DNA of 63,351 bases, filler included, from Choristocarpus tenellus KU-1152 (GCA_964200185.2; 6 parts of 6 records of this genome joined end to end with filler, not necessarily neighbours in it); one strand, 5' to 3'; counted from the whole stretch's first letter, positions 25,909 through 40,200 are shown. Notes: a model not told the origin generated them from the sequence alone. A program made the numbers and translations.

Positions 25909-28900
25909 CTTTGCCTTCCCAGTATAATAAGGCAGAGAATTGCAATCTCGTGAGGTACACCTTTTACTCTTCACATTTATCATGCCCTGGTCACAGAAGG
26001 GGTGGGGAGTGCGGAGGCAGTAGGGGACAAACACAAAGGGTGCTAGTGTGACGTGTGCTGCCTACATGATGGAAATCTGGAAAGGATGGGCATAGCTCAT
26101 CTTTCACTGTGGTGCATAATCACTCTTTTCGAAATCGAAAAAATATCCCAAACCATGAAATTACTCAGCAAAACTGTGCTGAGTAATTTCATAGTTTGGT
26201 GGGATAGCATCAGTATTGTCACTCCTGTGATGAGAGGGGAACTTATTATGACTCCTCAAAACGGTCTGTGACTCTATTCCCCTCAACCACTCTCCTCTGA
26301 CACTGATCATACAGCCCTGAAAAGTATATAATAGTACAGCAACAGCAACAACAACAACAACAATAATAATAATAATAGTAACACTAGTAATAATAGTAAT
26401 ACTGCACACATATTCCGGAGTATATGACAGATGTTATGCTTCAATTCCATACACACAAAGAGTATTGGAATAGTCTTCGATTCTTCAAAATGAAGGGCTT
26501 GAATTCTTAAGTATTTTTCAAAAACGTTAATATACATGCATACCAGAACTACAATCTCCATAATTTTGTGCCCAATCCAATGCACACACAAACACACAAC
26601 AGATCAAATTAATAATAATAAACCTCAGGAATGCTAGAAATACTTACAAGACACTCAACAAGACAATACCACAACTCACCAGTCTACTATCACCAACACT
26701 ATGAAAGTCATTGCCCCCCCTCATTATGACACAAGTATAGCAGGGGCTGCAAGGTGTAGAGTAGAAATGCGTAACTGTAGACAAGAAAATATATATTGGT
26801 GACGTGTAGGTCTAAGCCCAGTACATTTTTGTAAGATGTACCATCTGCATGGTATGAGCAACTGCAACGTTCTCTCAGCTAGCCATAAATAGAGTCAGCA
26901 CACAATCAAAATCTACACCAATATGTTCAAAATCCTTGTCAGAAGCTAACCACAATGGGTGACATGGTATGGAGAGGAAGAAAGGGAGGGAACGAGAGGG
27001 GCTATCTCGAGTATCCCAGATAGTTTTCGCAAATACTATGCAACCCGCCAGAAACTGCATTCTCATACACATCTATAGTTGTACAATTGCCTTCCTATTT
27101 ACTATGCATACTATATTTGACAATTTTACACCCAGTCTCCCTCAGGCCCTTGCCGGTAATCTCCATTATAAACATAATCATAACCATAACCATAAACTCA
27201 ATCATTCACACCTACTTGAATACAAGCAGTTGATTCCCACACTAACAAGACTAAAAGACCAATCAACACACCTCTCAGTCACCATCCCCAATCAAAGAAA
27301 CACAATGTTATACAAAACACCAATAATAATAAAAATACAGTAGTTTAAAGAATTATTAAGATGCTCTTTTCGAAATATACACTCACCTCCACCACGTGGA
27401 CTGCGCAACGAACAGCCCGATCCACAGGAGTTTTCCCGAAATAAGGGAGGCGTTTGCATCCATCCTCATTGCACTCTCGACTCTTCACATCTACCATCTT
27501 CGGCCCCTTGTGTGCACCACAAGCCCGTGCCTGTTCTCCATACAGTCCCCAAACCTATCAAGCACCATCACACACAAGGAAAGACCGGGGGGGAAATAGA
27601 GCATGGAGACCCTAAGGCTATCGCTCTCGCCAAGCAGAGTGCGTTGAAATGTAGTAAAATTCCTTTCCTTTGACTAGTGTTTCGAATTGTTCACACTGCT
27701 GGATAGAGTAAAATAGTCCAGAGTACTTGGAAGCAGATTTTCGTTGGCTTCTAGGCATTGGGGGGCAACTAGGGGAAGTTTGTCTGTTGTGGAAGGACAA
27801 ACTATCATTGCCCCACGACAGTGTCTCCCTGGTTCATCACTCTTTCATCTCTAACACAGCCTGCCTTAGTCAAGCAGAAGTCCATTAAAAAAAAATCGAG
27901 TTGGATATCGATTTGCGGTGCTTTAACAGACTTACTGTAATTTTTGCTTTGCATCTGTTTTTCTTTATTCAGATTAATAACTTTTATTTCTCCGAGTAAT
28001 CAAAGTTAAGTATTTAGACAAGGAGAGCGGACCAGGCGCAACACCAAAAACATGTTGAGCATCTTCATCACATTATTTATATTTTTATATTTTTTGTCCA
28101 CTCCATTGGATTGCACTTAGTAACTCAAATTACTCTCCCCAATCGAAAAAGAAAAAGAAAAAGCACAATGATGTAGTGAACGCACAGATAGTGTCAGAGT
28201 CCAACAATCGCTAACAAATTCACACATACTACTTCTACTACTATGACTACTAATACCACTATCACTACTACTACTGCTGCCACTACTTCCACTACTACTA
28301 CCACTACCACTACCACTACCACTACCACTACCACTACCACCACCTCTACTGCCACTACTTCTACTACCACTACCACTACCACTACCACTACTACTACTAT
28401 TACCACTACCACCACTACTACTACTACTACCACTACCACTACTACTAGTATTCTAAATAGTAAAACAACTTGCTGTTACACCAAAAAGAAAGTGATAATG
28501 CTTACACGGTTTGATATACAGCATGATGCAAACTCATAGGTAGTAGCAGTACCTATAAAAGTTGAAAAGGGTGTGCAGGCGAAAAAAAAGGGTGTGAAAA
28601 GGGTGTCCTCACCGAAGCTTCATTGCACCCTTCCACAGCACACCGACCTGTTGACAAGTCCACCACACCATCTAACCTTAAGAGACATCAACAGAAGCAG
28701 GGGAAAAGTTGAGGGATGAAAGTGTAGCTATATATCGATAGCGGTGATGTGGATAAGGTTATTTATTGAGGGGACGGGAGTATGGTTTATAGAGAATCAG
28801 TTGCACCAATAGGATTGTCTGTACCTCACAGCAAACCAATCAGACAAACGCGCAGCTGCAATAATCCCTAACCCTAAACATCAGCGCCAAGGGGTAAGTT

Positions 28901-29238
28901 TAGGGTAGCTTTAATAGGACAAAAAAGGGATCAGAAGAGGGGAGTCCCTAAGGATAGATGCAAGGGAGGGATGTAAGTTATGAGGGTCAAGCCCACAAGA
29001 GAGACCCTAGGACTGAAGATGGACAAAACAGTCAGTGTGAAGCACAGGGTAGAGAGGACAATCAATCTCACATCTCTCATGAGAAACACACCCAACACAC
29101 TAATTTCAACCGCAAAAATCGAGTTTGTGTACAAAAATAAATTATATATATACATACATATATATATATATATGTAAATAAACCTACCGGCCCCCAGAGT
29201 GTCAGCAGCCTTCCCCACTTCACCCAACCCCCACCCTC
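25909..29238 (-). CDS. EsV-1-7 cysteine-rich repeat protein, partial: exons 29188-29238, 28825-28855, 28613-28676, 27387-27554, 25909-25986; 3' continuation unresolved
   Basis: In-phase GT-AG splicing gives DGVVDLSTGRCAVEGCNEAS|VWGLYGEQARACGAHKGPKMVDVKSRECNEDGCKRLPYFGKTPVDRAVRCAVHVVE|GMINVKSKRCTSRDCNSLPYY, matching the GMVxVxxKxC..xGC..P.FG......C..H repeat. The two 5' exons are less certain. Confidence 0.85.
28227..28447 (+). repeat. (ACT/ACC)n trinucleotide microsatellite in an EsV-1-7 gene intron
   Basis: Read directly; gives the poly-T and poly-V ORFs. Confidence 0.95.
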
Positions 29239-29468
29239 CTGTGTGTTTAGCAGCACAAAGAACAAGAAGGAACAGTGTATGCTTTCAAACAGAGAGATCA
29301 GTGTCGTGCACTATTCATGCTACCAATAATTCAAATATATTAACCTTGAAGCCACCCTATCCAGATGCCACAGGGGCAAAGGAGAGTTCGATCACTGCAG
29401 CACCTTTTTGGCCCTCCCCCAACACATTTCTGCTTCTTCTACAAATAGCACTCACTTGTAGTTGGGGG

Positions 29469-29568
29469 NNNNNNNNNNNNNNNNNNNNNNNNNNNNNNNN
29501 NNNNNNNNNNNNTTAATTAATTAANNNNNNNNNNNNNNNNNNNNNNNNNNNNNNNNNNNNNNNNNNNN
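29469..29568. other. Artificial contig spacer
   Basis: N44-TTAATTAATTAA-N44. Confidence 0.99.
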
Positions 29569-29889
29569 CCCCCAGATGCTTTGGGTCACTTGCCTGCACA
29601 GTGAGTGGCACCGGGTGCAAGCAAATGCAAGTTCCCAAAATGATGCCTCTTGGTAGCATTCCGGAAAAAATGAAGAGATCATGCAGCTCACTGTCGAATA
29701 ATTTAGGATGCAAAGGTAACCTGCGACCCAGTCATAGCAAGTTTCATTTGGGAGTCTCAATAATCATGCACCTAGAAAGCACCAACTGAAGACAAAAAGT
29801 GTGCTCCATCTCACCCCAAAAAGGTTCATTAGTGATTTACAAACCTTGACCCCGCTTCATTACAACACCACTGCACAACATCTAACACT

Positions 29890-30126
29890 GACCCAAAGCA
29901 TGTAAGAGGGTAGAATTTTTGCCCTGTTCGTCTGTTCAGGGCTTGGCTTCCCAATTTTTTTTTCCCTTGTTTGGTTTTTGAAACATTTCCGAGTATGTAA
30001 AATGTGCCTGGAGCAAGGATATTGGTGCTTCCTAACAGACACGACATCCAAAACCACATCGAAATCAAAACATTGGAGTTTGGACCCCAAGTGGACACGA
30101 CTTTACCCTCTTAAATGCTTTCACTC
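29890..30126 (-). mobile_element. MITE family A, diverged copy, TSD ACT
   Basis: act|gacccaaagcatgtaagagggta ... taccctcttaaatgctttcactc|act; internal homology to the other copies. Confidence 0.8.
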
Positions 30127-31267
30127 ACTTCTGAACTGATGTACTCTTACTAATTGTACTATTTCCGTTCATACCTTGCTACTCACATTTGGCAAAGTCA
30201 TCATAACCCTTGCCTCTCTGACTCCTCTAAATTTTGTAATGAACTTATCTCGGTGTCACTCTGCAATGAATGCTTCCCATCTAGTTTTGGGTTTACGACA
30301 TTCTTGTGGCATAGCCGCAGACAGGATAGTACAGGGGTCTAATCTGTATTGCTTGCCATGTGAACTTTGGATAGTGGAAAACCACATTTCCCTGAAAAGT
30401 CTGCCATCAAGCAGGTTTGAACCCACAAACTCCCTGGAAGGGAACACTGTCCAATTAACTACATAGTTATGATGACGCTTGTGCTGAGTTGGTAAATGAA
30501 CTGTTGTATCAGCAAACTCTCTTGGGTAGGAACTAGTGCACTAGTAGGTTGATGCATGCACCATACATGAATGCATGAAACAGCCAAACAACTGTTAATG
30601 CAACCAAACCTAGTCCCGTGTTGCCCTCCTTCGACCTTCATATAATATGCGAAACTATTATTATGGAACTACAGACACGAGATAAAGAGTGCCTAGTAGA
30701 AGCCTGGTCACAAGTCATCCGCAATTTGGTCAGCCCTGCTTGCTGTTACGAAATTCTCTTGCCCCTGCTATGACTTTGCTGCAACAACCTACAACAAACT
30801 TGAAAACGCTGGCTCCCAGGGCTATATACTAGTAACGATAGTTGTATGCCATAAATAGCTAAAAGGTGACTCATCCGTCATCTCTGACATCTTTTTAAGC
30901 ACCAACTTGATAACTTGTGGTTGGTGTACGGTACAGGTTGAAGTGTAAATATCTCCTAATCCAAACTAGCACAAAAATTTATGTGTCAACAGAGTAAGGC
31001 TTTGTGTTGATCATGTATTACAGCAACACATCGCATCACAATTGATTGCAAGACTTCCTACACTCAAACAGATGATGCTGAGTGGCAGCATGCATCATGC
31101 CCTTCTGCCCTAAATTAAGCGACTCATTGTGCAGGAGCAAATCTATTGTTGATCAGTTTCGAGCGATTTGGAGCTTAACCAAATCCAACAGAAGCACGTG
31201 GCAGAACTATCCCAAATACCCACAATATACCTACACATTTCAGTATTTTCACTATAATAGTAATGCC

Positions 31268-33777
31268 TCATTGGTCAAAGGGTTGGTTCGACTCAAAATC
31301 ACTCCAAACTGGATAGAAATGAACCTGTTCCTGAAGGCACTTCAAAATTGCACCACCTACTACTTGCAATAAAATAGTAATACGTATCACGAGCTCCAAC
31401 CTTCATACAAACTAAATTACAACAGCTAAAATTTGTAGGTGATGCAAAGGGAAGGACAAGAAAGGCTTACAAGAAAGAGTGTCCAACAACACCGCAAAGG
31501 AATGAAATCCACAGCAAGATACGATAAGATGCCTTCAGTGTGTATCAGTACTCAATAAAATAAGTACCAAATATGGTAGTGTAATTCCAGAAAAACACGG
31601 AGGAAGTGATGAAAATAGCTACTTGTTTGATTCTTAAAGCATTTTTCTGTATGAAAGGCTCTTATTCTAGGCAAAAAATATGATCCCCTATTTGACCTTT
31701 AGGCAACGTAACATTCCGAGCCCAGTTAAAATGAACATTTCACTTACACAAAAACAAACTAAAATGGTGCCTATTTCATGCCACCGTGTCTTAGTGAAGA
31801 AGACACATTATCTTCTTGGATAGCAACGACCGATTGTAATATATTCTGTTCACTTTCATCACATCGCTGTGTTTCAGAATGATTCTCAGAGTACACTTCC
31901 TACAATAGATTGTTGGCATACCTTGCACCGTGTGTTTGTGAAACTTCCTTCAATTTGAATTACAGAAGTATTGGACAATGAAAACCCTTGTTCAGAACTT
32001 ATCAAAAATTTACCATGTAAACATCGAACAAAAAACAGGATAAGTTCAAAACCACTGCTCATCAGTCATAGATAACCTCGTGCTTAGAAGTGGGGGTGTA
32101 TTATTATGCTTTCTTCTAACAATTGAAGGTTTTCCTTTTATGAAGGGGAGGGAAAATACAACAAGGTATAGGGGGCAATTATTTTTCGGGGCAGTAGTCA
32201 GGTGAAAAAGAGGCTCAGGCAAAGGATCCAACAACCTACCACCTCACTTGCTATACAACATTTTCCACATCACCTGCCTGCACAAGCATACAGAGATCTT
32301 AGCAATACTTTGAAGCAATTAGCAGCAAAAAAAAAACACACACACACACACAGTTTCATTCAATTTGACCCGTTCCACTAAAGCTTGAGGGCACAATCAA
32401 AGATCTATCTCATATCATTCAAAAGTTGGACGGCATTGCCTCTTGGATGTAGAAACTTGAGGTTCCTCGACCATTCCTTATTCACATTGAATTTGTCAAA
32501 TCTGTTGTAAATAAAAAATATTGTAAATATAAAACTCGCAGTGGAATATCATTGTCATTACTATATTTTTCACTAAAAAGTGAATAGATTCTACCTCATA
32601 CGCGATATTGTCGTAAGTCCAACCCTCTGAATCTGTCATAAGTCCCATTCCTACAAGCACCAAAAAAGAAATCCTGTTAACAAAGTCAGGTAAGGACACC
32701 TGTATCAGGGCAGCGAGAAAAAATCGTGTATCTGTTGTGTCATTTCCACCACCTTTGGAACTATTTAAATGAATTGCAAGTACTGCTTGCAGAAGTGAAC
32801 AATATATGGGGAAGTAACAAGAGTCCATCCATAAACAGTCTTCATTATGCATGTTGCATAATGAGTGCAATGGCAACACTCAGACTCTTTGATCAAGCTA
32901 GTTGGAGGACAGCACAGTCACACAACTAATCTGGAAGAGGGACGTGCTGTGATTGCTATGGACAGAGGAAGATGTATGCAAGGGATCGAAATTGTTGGAC
33001 CAAGTGCATAAAATTGCACTCATCACATGAACACTCTTGCCCACATCCATTAGCAATCTGGGACAAGAAGTACATATGATACAATACGATGGTAGATACC
33101 ATCATGAGTATGTCGCAATCCCTCAATATAGGAGTATAAAAGTGCACACTAACACTAACCCTACCTACCACCTGTTTCCAGACCTTCTAAATCTTAGCTC
33201 GTTCAGGTCTTGAAGCAGATCAAGGATTCCACACAAGCACATATTCGGAATCACATTATCATCATCATCGTCATCATCTTACTTAATTCAAGAAGAATCA
33301 TAACACTTCATTGACATGCCCACATTGGGAATATATCGCTTGCACACCTCATGAGCAAGACTATATCTCATCCTCAAATGTAATTCCTCACAGTGCCTTA
33401 TCCCAACATTGCAGCACAACCACTTTGCACTTGATGCATGATCTCCTTTCAAGCCCAACTGACATCAATTCTTTAACCTTGGCATCTTCCGTCTGCGACC
33501 CACATATAATATGAGGGCAAACCCAGACAAGAGGAAGAATCCACCAGCAAAGATAACAAGAGGTGGATGAACACCTGTGGATCTTTCTGACCCCTTACCT
33601 TGGCTGCCACTTGCTTCTCTCCCTGGAAAGTGGGCCAACATATCCACCACACCCGCCCCTGTCATCCAATTCTGCCCTCGCATATTTCCCCCAAGTCGCT
33701 CCAGCGGTTCTGTTCCAGTACCGCTGTCACCGATGACCCAGCACTTTTTGAGGTACGACAACTTGGGGAAGTTCTCC
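31268..33777 (-). CDS. Possible exons of an unidentified gene (~33599-33777, ~33172-33208, ~32595-32760, 31785-31899, ~31268-31348)
   Basis: Open frames bounded by AG/GT that can be chained in phase (ENFPKLSYLKKCWVIGD..., ...MTDSEGWTYDNIAYE|EVYSENH...). No recognised family. Confidence 0.35.
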
Positions 33778-34088
33778 CTACAATATTCATAAATCATCAT
33801 GTAGTAAAAGTCACAATGCTGGCATAGATGAGATGAGCTGGGGGCATATATTTGAAAACTCAAATCAAAAACATTTCTGCTGGAAGTTCTTTTCATTATA
33901 TTCAAGAATTAATAAAATACAACTTTGGTTTACTCTCTTTTAATCTGTAGTACAAGTGCAACATTTTTCGAATTTGAAGGCAGGTTTGGAAACAGATTGT
34001 TTGTGTACACATTTCACTCAAATCAAGGTTATATAACGTAAAACAATCACTGCAGCAGCTTTTATGTTGGGGGGTGGGGTGATATGGG

Positions 34089-34188
34089 NNNNNNNNNNNN
34101 NNNNNNNNNNNNNNNNNNNNNNNNNNNNNNNNTTAATTAATTAANNNNNNNNNNNNNNNNNNNNNNNNNNNNNNNNNNNNNNNNNNNN
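34089..34188. other. Artificial contig spacer
   Basis: N44-TTAATTAATTAA-N44. Confidence 0.99.
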
Positions 34189-34790
34189 GTGGGGGCATCG
34201 GGTGGTGGTGAGGTGGGGACAGGGGGACAGTTTGGAAGATGGCGCAGGTGGTATCCATGTTGGTGACAGCAGCTGCAGTGAAGAGCTCGATCAGTAGGAG
34301 TAAGCCTGATCAATGTCCAACAACGTTGTACTTTTGTATTATGCCTACTACAACAATATGTCCGTATACTCACCCATAATAAATACATGGCATATACGAG
34401 AATGCAATGCGGGTGAAATTAAAGGTCCGTGTCATGTTCAAGACAAAGGCATTTTTACTTCATGAGGCTCCCATCACCCACTAACGAAATAGACCTGTTT
34501 TGTAAACGCAAGAAAGTGTCTGCCACGATCCTGGATTGCTCTCTAACCTCTAACTCTTTTGCTCTTCCTTTGCCCGGATGTCTACTGTCACAGAGCTCAG
34601 CCGTGTAACATGTGCATGATGATTATATCAGACAGTAAAGTCAAGTCTGAACACGATCTACAGGAGTTAACTAAAAAACACGCACGGTTCACGAAAACGC
34701 CTTCGCAAACCTGCAAACCCAACCAGGAGGCATTGTTATTGCATGCACCGTCCTGGGCAATAATCACTACCAGATCGTCTCGAACTCCTA

Positions 34791-36152
34791 ATGAAGAGCC
34801 TCTCCACATCCTGCATGTTTCCACTCTCCAAGACACCGGTGGAGGGTGACGAATCAATGCCTGATGATAGTGGAGGACTCGAGCCTGATAGTAATAAAGG
34901 GGAACAGGAGATGCCACCGCCTAGCCCGACAGAAGTTGGGAGGAGCGGGAGACACTCTGAGGGCAACCTGGCAACTCCAACCTCAGAAGACGACTCTCCT
35001 AGCGATAGAGATCAGTCTGGTTCTGGTGTTTTGTCATATTTCGAGAAGGACGATGAGGAAGGCATGGGGGAAGTGCAGGCGCAATATCAGAGTCCATGCC
35101 TGGGGGGGATGATTCCGGAAGGTATCCCAATCATCGATACAGTGGATACAAGCGGGGACGAGTCCATGGATCTTGACTCAACGGTTAAAAGGGATAGGGA
35201 CGATGAGATTGGGGGGAGAAGTGGGAGCTCCATCAATATCGAGAGAACAGAACGTAGGGCTGTGAGGAAATCAGAAGTGGGAGCTCCATCAATATCGAGT
35301 GAACAGAACGTAGGGCTGTGAGGAAATCATTTGGTTCTTCTCTCAGGTTTGAACCTTCAGCGAAGAGGGAAAAACTTTGTAAGACCCTAACTTCAGTCAA
35401 TAGGAAGAAGAGGTCGGCAACAGCTGTTGGACGGGTCATACCGGTCGAGAAGCTTAGTGGAAAGGATGGGCACGAAGGACAACCAACTTTTCTTATGAAC
35501 ATTTTTGCTTCTGCTCGTCTAAGCAGAGACACAAAAACAGCTTTTGGACAGACAACAGGATGGATTAGAGAGATCCACCCGACACAGAAGGAGTAGACGA
35601 CGCAGTGCAGGATTAAGAAGGGGACCATTCCGCATGTGGTGGTGACCCCTGCGCCAGACCGCAATCAGTCCACTCTGGTGGTCCAATCATGGTGGGAATA
35701 ACGGTAGATTTCATGGAGGCCCCTGTGTGACGGAACTCCTCCAATCAGCCACTAAACCAACATCTTCGCAATACCGTGTGCAAACACAGATCCTCAGGCA
35801 GGTCATATACGACGATGGCCTTAGACAGATGAAAGCTGAGAAAGCAGCGAAGAGCATCGTCCAGGGCGATCACTGATACGTACATGAGGAAATCTTCAAT
35901 TCACTGAGTGATAACAGATGTAATGTCAAGAGGACGTTGGGCGTGGAGGATGTCGAAGCCCCCCATGCAAAGAAGACCATATTCCTAAGCCTGGTGAAGC
36001 CAGAACTGTGGAACGGGAGGTATTCAACTGTACTGAACCTATGGCACGGACTAACTAAGGCTTACCCCAAACTCATAGACTGGTGGGAGAAGGGTGAGGA
36101 ATGCCAATTCCAACATGCCCATCAGTTGAAATATAGCCTTCTTGGTTTCTGA
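34791..36152 (+). pseudogene. Long intronless disrupted ORF (acidic/Ser-rich N-terminal half, globular-looking C-terminal half) of unknown, probably TE or viral, origin
   Basis: ORFs 34791-35321 and 35318-35596 join in frame if one copy of the 56-bp duplication is removed. Coding-like sequence continues through stops and a frameshift to LVKPELWNGRYSTVLNLWHGLTKAYPKLIDWWEK. Confidence 0.5.
35217..35328 (+). repeat. 56-bp tandem duplication (1 mismatch)
   Basis: agaagtgggagctccatcaatatcgag(a/t)gaacagaacgtagggctgtgaggaaatc x2. Confidence 0.95.
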
Positions 36153-36343
36153 TTGAGCTTGGTGTACGGGTCGCATTACTTTTGTTCGATTCGGGACTAG
36201 CTGTACCTTGGACGGTCTCCGACTACCGTGTTTGTGCGGTTTTGATCCGATGGGTTACGCCCTTACACAGTTTTTTATATATGTCTATATGGACCAGTCA
36301 GAGGTGCCAGCACATGATATATGATACTCTGTAAGATGGTTCT

Positions 36344-36611
36344 GAGTCAAAGTATCTTAGAGGGTAGAGTCACGTCCATTTGGGACCAAAATCCAGTGTT
36401 GTGATTTTGATGTAATTTTGCCCATCTTGTTTGTTAGGAAGTGTCAATATCCTTGATCCAGACATGTGCATGATACCTACTCCAAAATGTACACATTCTA
36501 CCTACTCCGAAACGTTTCGGAAAAGGAAGATGTAATAAAAAAACCCATGGGAAGCCAAGCCCCAAATGGACAAACAGGGCAAAACTCGTACCCTCCAAGA
36601 TACTTTTACTC
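36344..36611 (+). mobile_element. MITE family A copy, TSD TCT
   Basis: tct|gagtcaaagtatcttagagggta ... taccctccaagatacttttactc|tct. Confidence 0.9.
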
Positions 36612-36905
36612 TCTTCTTATCTTATTTTTCTTAAATAAAGTGTGTCTAACCCAAGGTTCAGACTGCCTAAATATAAGATTTTAGAACCAACTCTTCTCAT
36701 TCTTTCCGGCTAAGTTTCCAAACACTTCGACAAGGTCTGGATTCGACACCTTTTCTCCTTCCCGCCCGTTATATTCTTCTCCACTTCGTAACTAAGAGTC
36801 CTCCTAAGCTCATTACTACATTCGCCATGTCAAAACAATATGTTACAGGCGAATAGAGCGAGTATTTCTTCTTATATTTCAACGAAGTGCAAACGTTTGT
36901 TACAC

Positions 36906-37005
36906 NNNNNNNNNNNNNNNNNNNNNNNNNNNNNNNNNNNNNNNNNNNNTTAATTAATTAANNNNNNNNNNNNNNNNNNNNNNNNNNNNNNNNNNNNNNN
37001 NNNNN
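36906..37005. other. Artificial contig spacer
   Basis: N44-TTAATTAATTAA-N44. Confidence 0.99.
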
Positions 37006-37282
37006 TTCGCACGTGTCGGATTTGAAATGTCAGCAAAAAAAATATTTGACCGAAACGGACGCCCCTTCACAACCCCCCCCCCCCCCCCAGATACTTTGAC
37101 CAACATTTACCTACTAAATGGATCAGATTGTACTATAACCATGGCGAATGCAACAGTCTGTAGTGATCATATACCGCGCAGGGAAGTATGCGTGTGATGT
37201 CGATACTGACTAACTAAAGAATCAGTACTAGTGGACGGACCAACGGTCGAAACTAGTTTGTGGTAGTGAACTGTAGCTATAA

Positions 37283-40200
37283 ATGACAGAGGGAGTAGCC
37301 TATGTTTCAACAGAATCCTCTCACACTAGAGCTCACGGAGGTTGGCGCCTCACCTCCAAACCGATTCCCCAACCACTTCCCAATGCTAAGGTGCTTAAGT
37401 GGTTTGGATTCTACATGCACAGTTTCAACGCACATCTGGCACTTATAAGGTCGTATGTACGCCTCTATCTCGTCCAAGTGTATGGATACGTATATTGTAT
37501 CTATCCTCGAATTTACCGTTACGTATTCGTTTCGGGTGAAACAAGGTGTTGAATATGGTCACGATGGCCAAATCCTGCTGTGCCCAGAGATACTGTTGGA
37601 ACCTCACACGCCGAAGGTCCAAGACTTGCTAGACCTACCAGTTCTTGCCTTGAGTGTAGATCCTTGGTCACCGAAACATGGAAAAAAAGAAAGTGCAGAA
37701 AGTGGTGAGAATCTGTATTGTTCCTGCACTTGGCGTGGGGGTCTCCCACAAGATATTCACGCCTTATCCAACACAAGCACGACTCTCGACAAGTTTACTA
37801 TTCTTGACATATTTGCTGAATCTCCCATACCAACTGATGGGTACAGAGACCTAGTAATTTTGTCTTCGCTTTGCTGCTTGCATTGCAATGCTTTTTTGAT
37901 ATGCCTTCATCATGCACCCCACTCCCCACTTTTGTTGTCCACCATCATCGATCCACAAGGTCCCCGATGAACCAGAGACAGAGTCTGAGGAAGGAGAGTC
38001 GGAGTCTGAGACGGAATCGGAGGAGGAAGAAGACAACGATGATACGGTAAGGTCAATCCCCCAGAAATAACTTTCGGCGTCACGAAGGCCCTGATTGTTC
38101 GAGGGACTGTGGTAGATCAATCATGGGTTGCGCATTGAAAAAGAGAAAAGCATCTTTCAATAGTCGTCGTATGTGCAAGGTTCAATATTGACACTAGCCA
38201 GGTGTGAAAATGTATTCGATGACCACTCCGAAGTACACCTCAGTTTCACGGACCTACTCCCCGCCTTATCCAGAAAATAATCGTAACTTCATCCTTCTAA
38301 ATCGGGACACATGGTGCTTACGCATTCTCAATGCATTATTTTCCAATGTTATAATCGTTAGAACATTTTAACAAAGGATGTCTCACCCTTACCTGATCTT
38401 CCAATCTGTGTTCAACACCTGACTCCCAGGGACTGACAGAGAACCAGAATAGACTCTTGTATATGATTTCTCTGTATACATACAAGTCAGACACAAGAGA
38501 CGAGAAGGACAGCTGGTTGAGAAAACCTGCCTTGGTTGTTCTTCTTTATGAGGGAATCGTTGCCAATGTGCTTGACTTTGATTACGCACCACAATCCGAG
38601 CTCATTGAAAACCGAAGAATATGGATGAATATCAGCCAGGTATGCTGCAGTGAGTTGGCCTTTGCCCATTGAATACACATGAACAGACACTGGTGTAACA
38701 TTCCCCCCCCCCAATGTTTGACCCTTGGTAGTGGAGGGTGCAATCTGTTAAACCCCTATCTATCTATGGACGGAAACTAAGGTACGTTCTCATAGCACTC
38801 ACATATCTGAAACACCGTCAGCTGTCATTATGATCAATCTCAAGAATGGTATGTTGACTCAGAGGAAGACAAGCAATCTCAGGGAACCCACCATTATCCG
38901 CATTTCTTCCCACTGTAGGAGGGAAAATCCGATGTTGAGTTTCTTCGGGAGGAAGAGCTGGTGAATGGTCTCCATGTCTCATCTAGGAACTACAAACCCA
39001 TCACTTGCTACCAAATATCTGCAAAGGGGAAGGTGAGAAGACCAGGGAAACTAAGTGTATGAATATTGATTTGCATAGACTAACTCAATCATACTCACTA
39101 TGTCAACCCTCTCACGGAAATGGGGTCAGGGCATGCCACAACAACGTAGGCAGCATTGCTGATAGCATGGTGTGTAATATTCTGCAAGTGCGCTACCTCC
39201 GAGTCCTTTCTTATTCTCTTTCAAATGACGTCAATTGCAAGTACCATTATGGACAGAAGTTAAACTGTCCTACTGAGCTTCCAGTACAAAGTTGTACCAG
39301 GATTTTTTTATTCCCCCTTGGCGTTCAACACTCCCCTGTTCATAAATGCCATCCTCATCATCAAACAATATATCACAAGATTGATTCTATACTGAGGGGG
39401 ATAGTGGGGGAAGGAAGGTCAAGAGGATGGCATACGGGAATGTGTCTGGGATTCTATAATCTGGAGAGGACATGGGAGTCTATGAAGGCAATAGGTCAGT
39501 AGTTGTATCGGAATCTTGAACTATATTTGCTGGATTATTTGACTGACAGGGCATGAGAGTGTTCAGTAGTGTGATACTTGTTTCAGTTACCTCTTATGAG
39601 ATACCATTGAACTTGTACTTGATATATTTCACAAGGCCAATCACAAGTCAGTTTGGCTCAATCAACTGTACCTGGTGTGCTGTAAGCCACCTCAAACCAA
39701 CACATCCAGATTCATTAGACACCCAGACTACTGGCAGGTCTACCTTACGTGAAAGATATATACATTTACTACCAATAGATTCTGACCGGAACTCATCACA
39801 TTCTACCTGTATCCAATTGTGTATCCCAATCCCCATGTTGTGAATTCCTTGAACTGTGGAGATTTTCTCGTTGAAGTGTTGCAAATCATCAATCAGAGGC
39901 AAATACAATCACTACCTCTATCCAATGTCCATAGCAACCTTCCATGGGGTAGTGTTAATATTCGTCTTTTCCCTCCTGTTTTTGATGGCCTTGTGTGATG
40001 GAGGTCACTTTCTGAGGGGGTATAATATTTTGCCAAAAGCCCTTCATAAAACCCATGCTCTGAGAACAAAGTGGAATGTTGAAATATAGTCTAACGCCAG
40101 CAAGGTTCTTGCACTCCTGAACTACCTTTGATTGCATCCATCTCACTGCAGGAGTTGGTAAAGCGCATTGCTCGTAAGGAAAAAGAGGCTGTACATGAAT

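Noticed and set aside
28194-28539. Poly-Thr mucin-like or poly-Val ORF
   Set aside because: Intronic trinucleotide microsatellite.
32595-32660. EGWTY as a two-pore K+ channel signature
   Set aside because: No downstream TxGYG/GFG filter exon was found.
37455-37970. 171-aa ORF as an exon of the membrane-protein gene
   Set aside because: Its frame hits a stop at the next exon; the phase-compatible exon is 37660-37704 in another frame.
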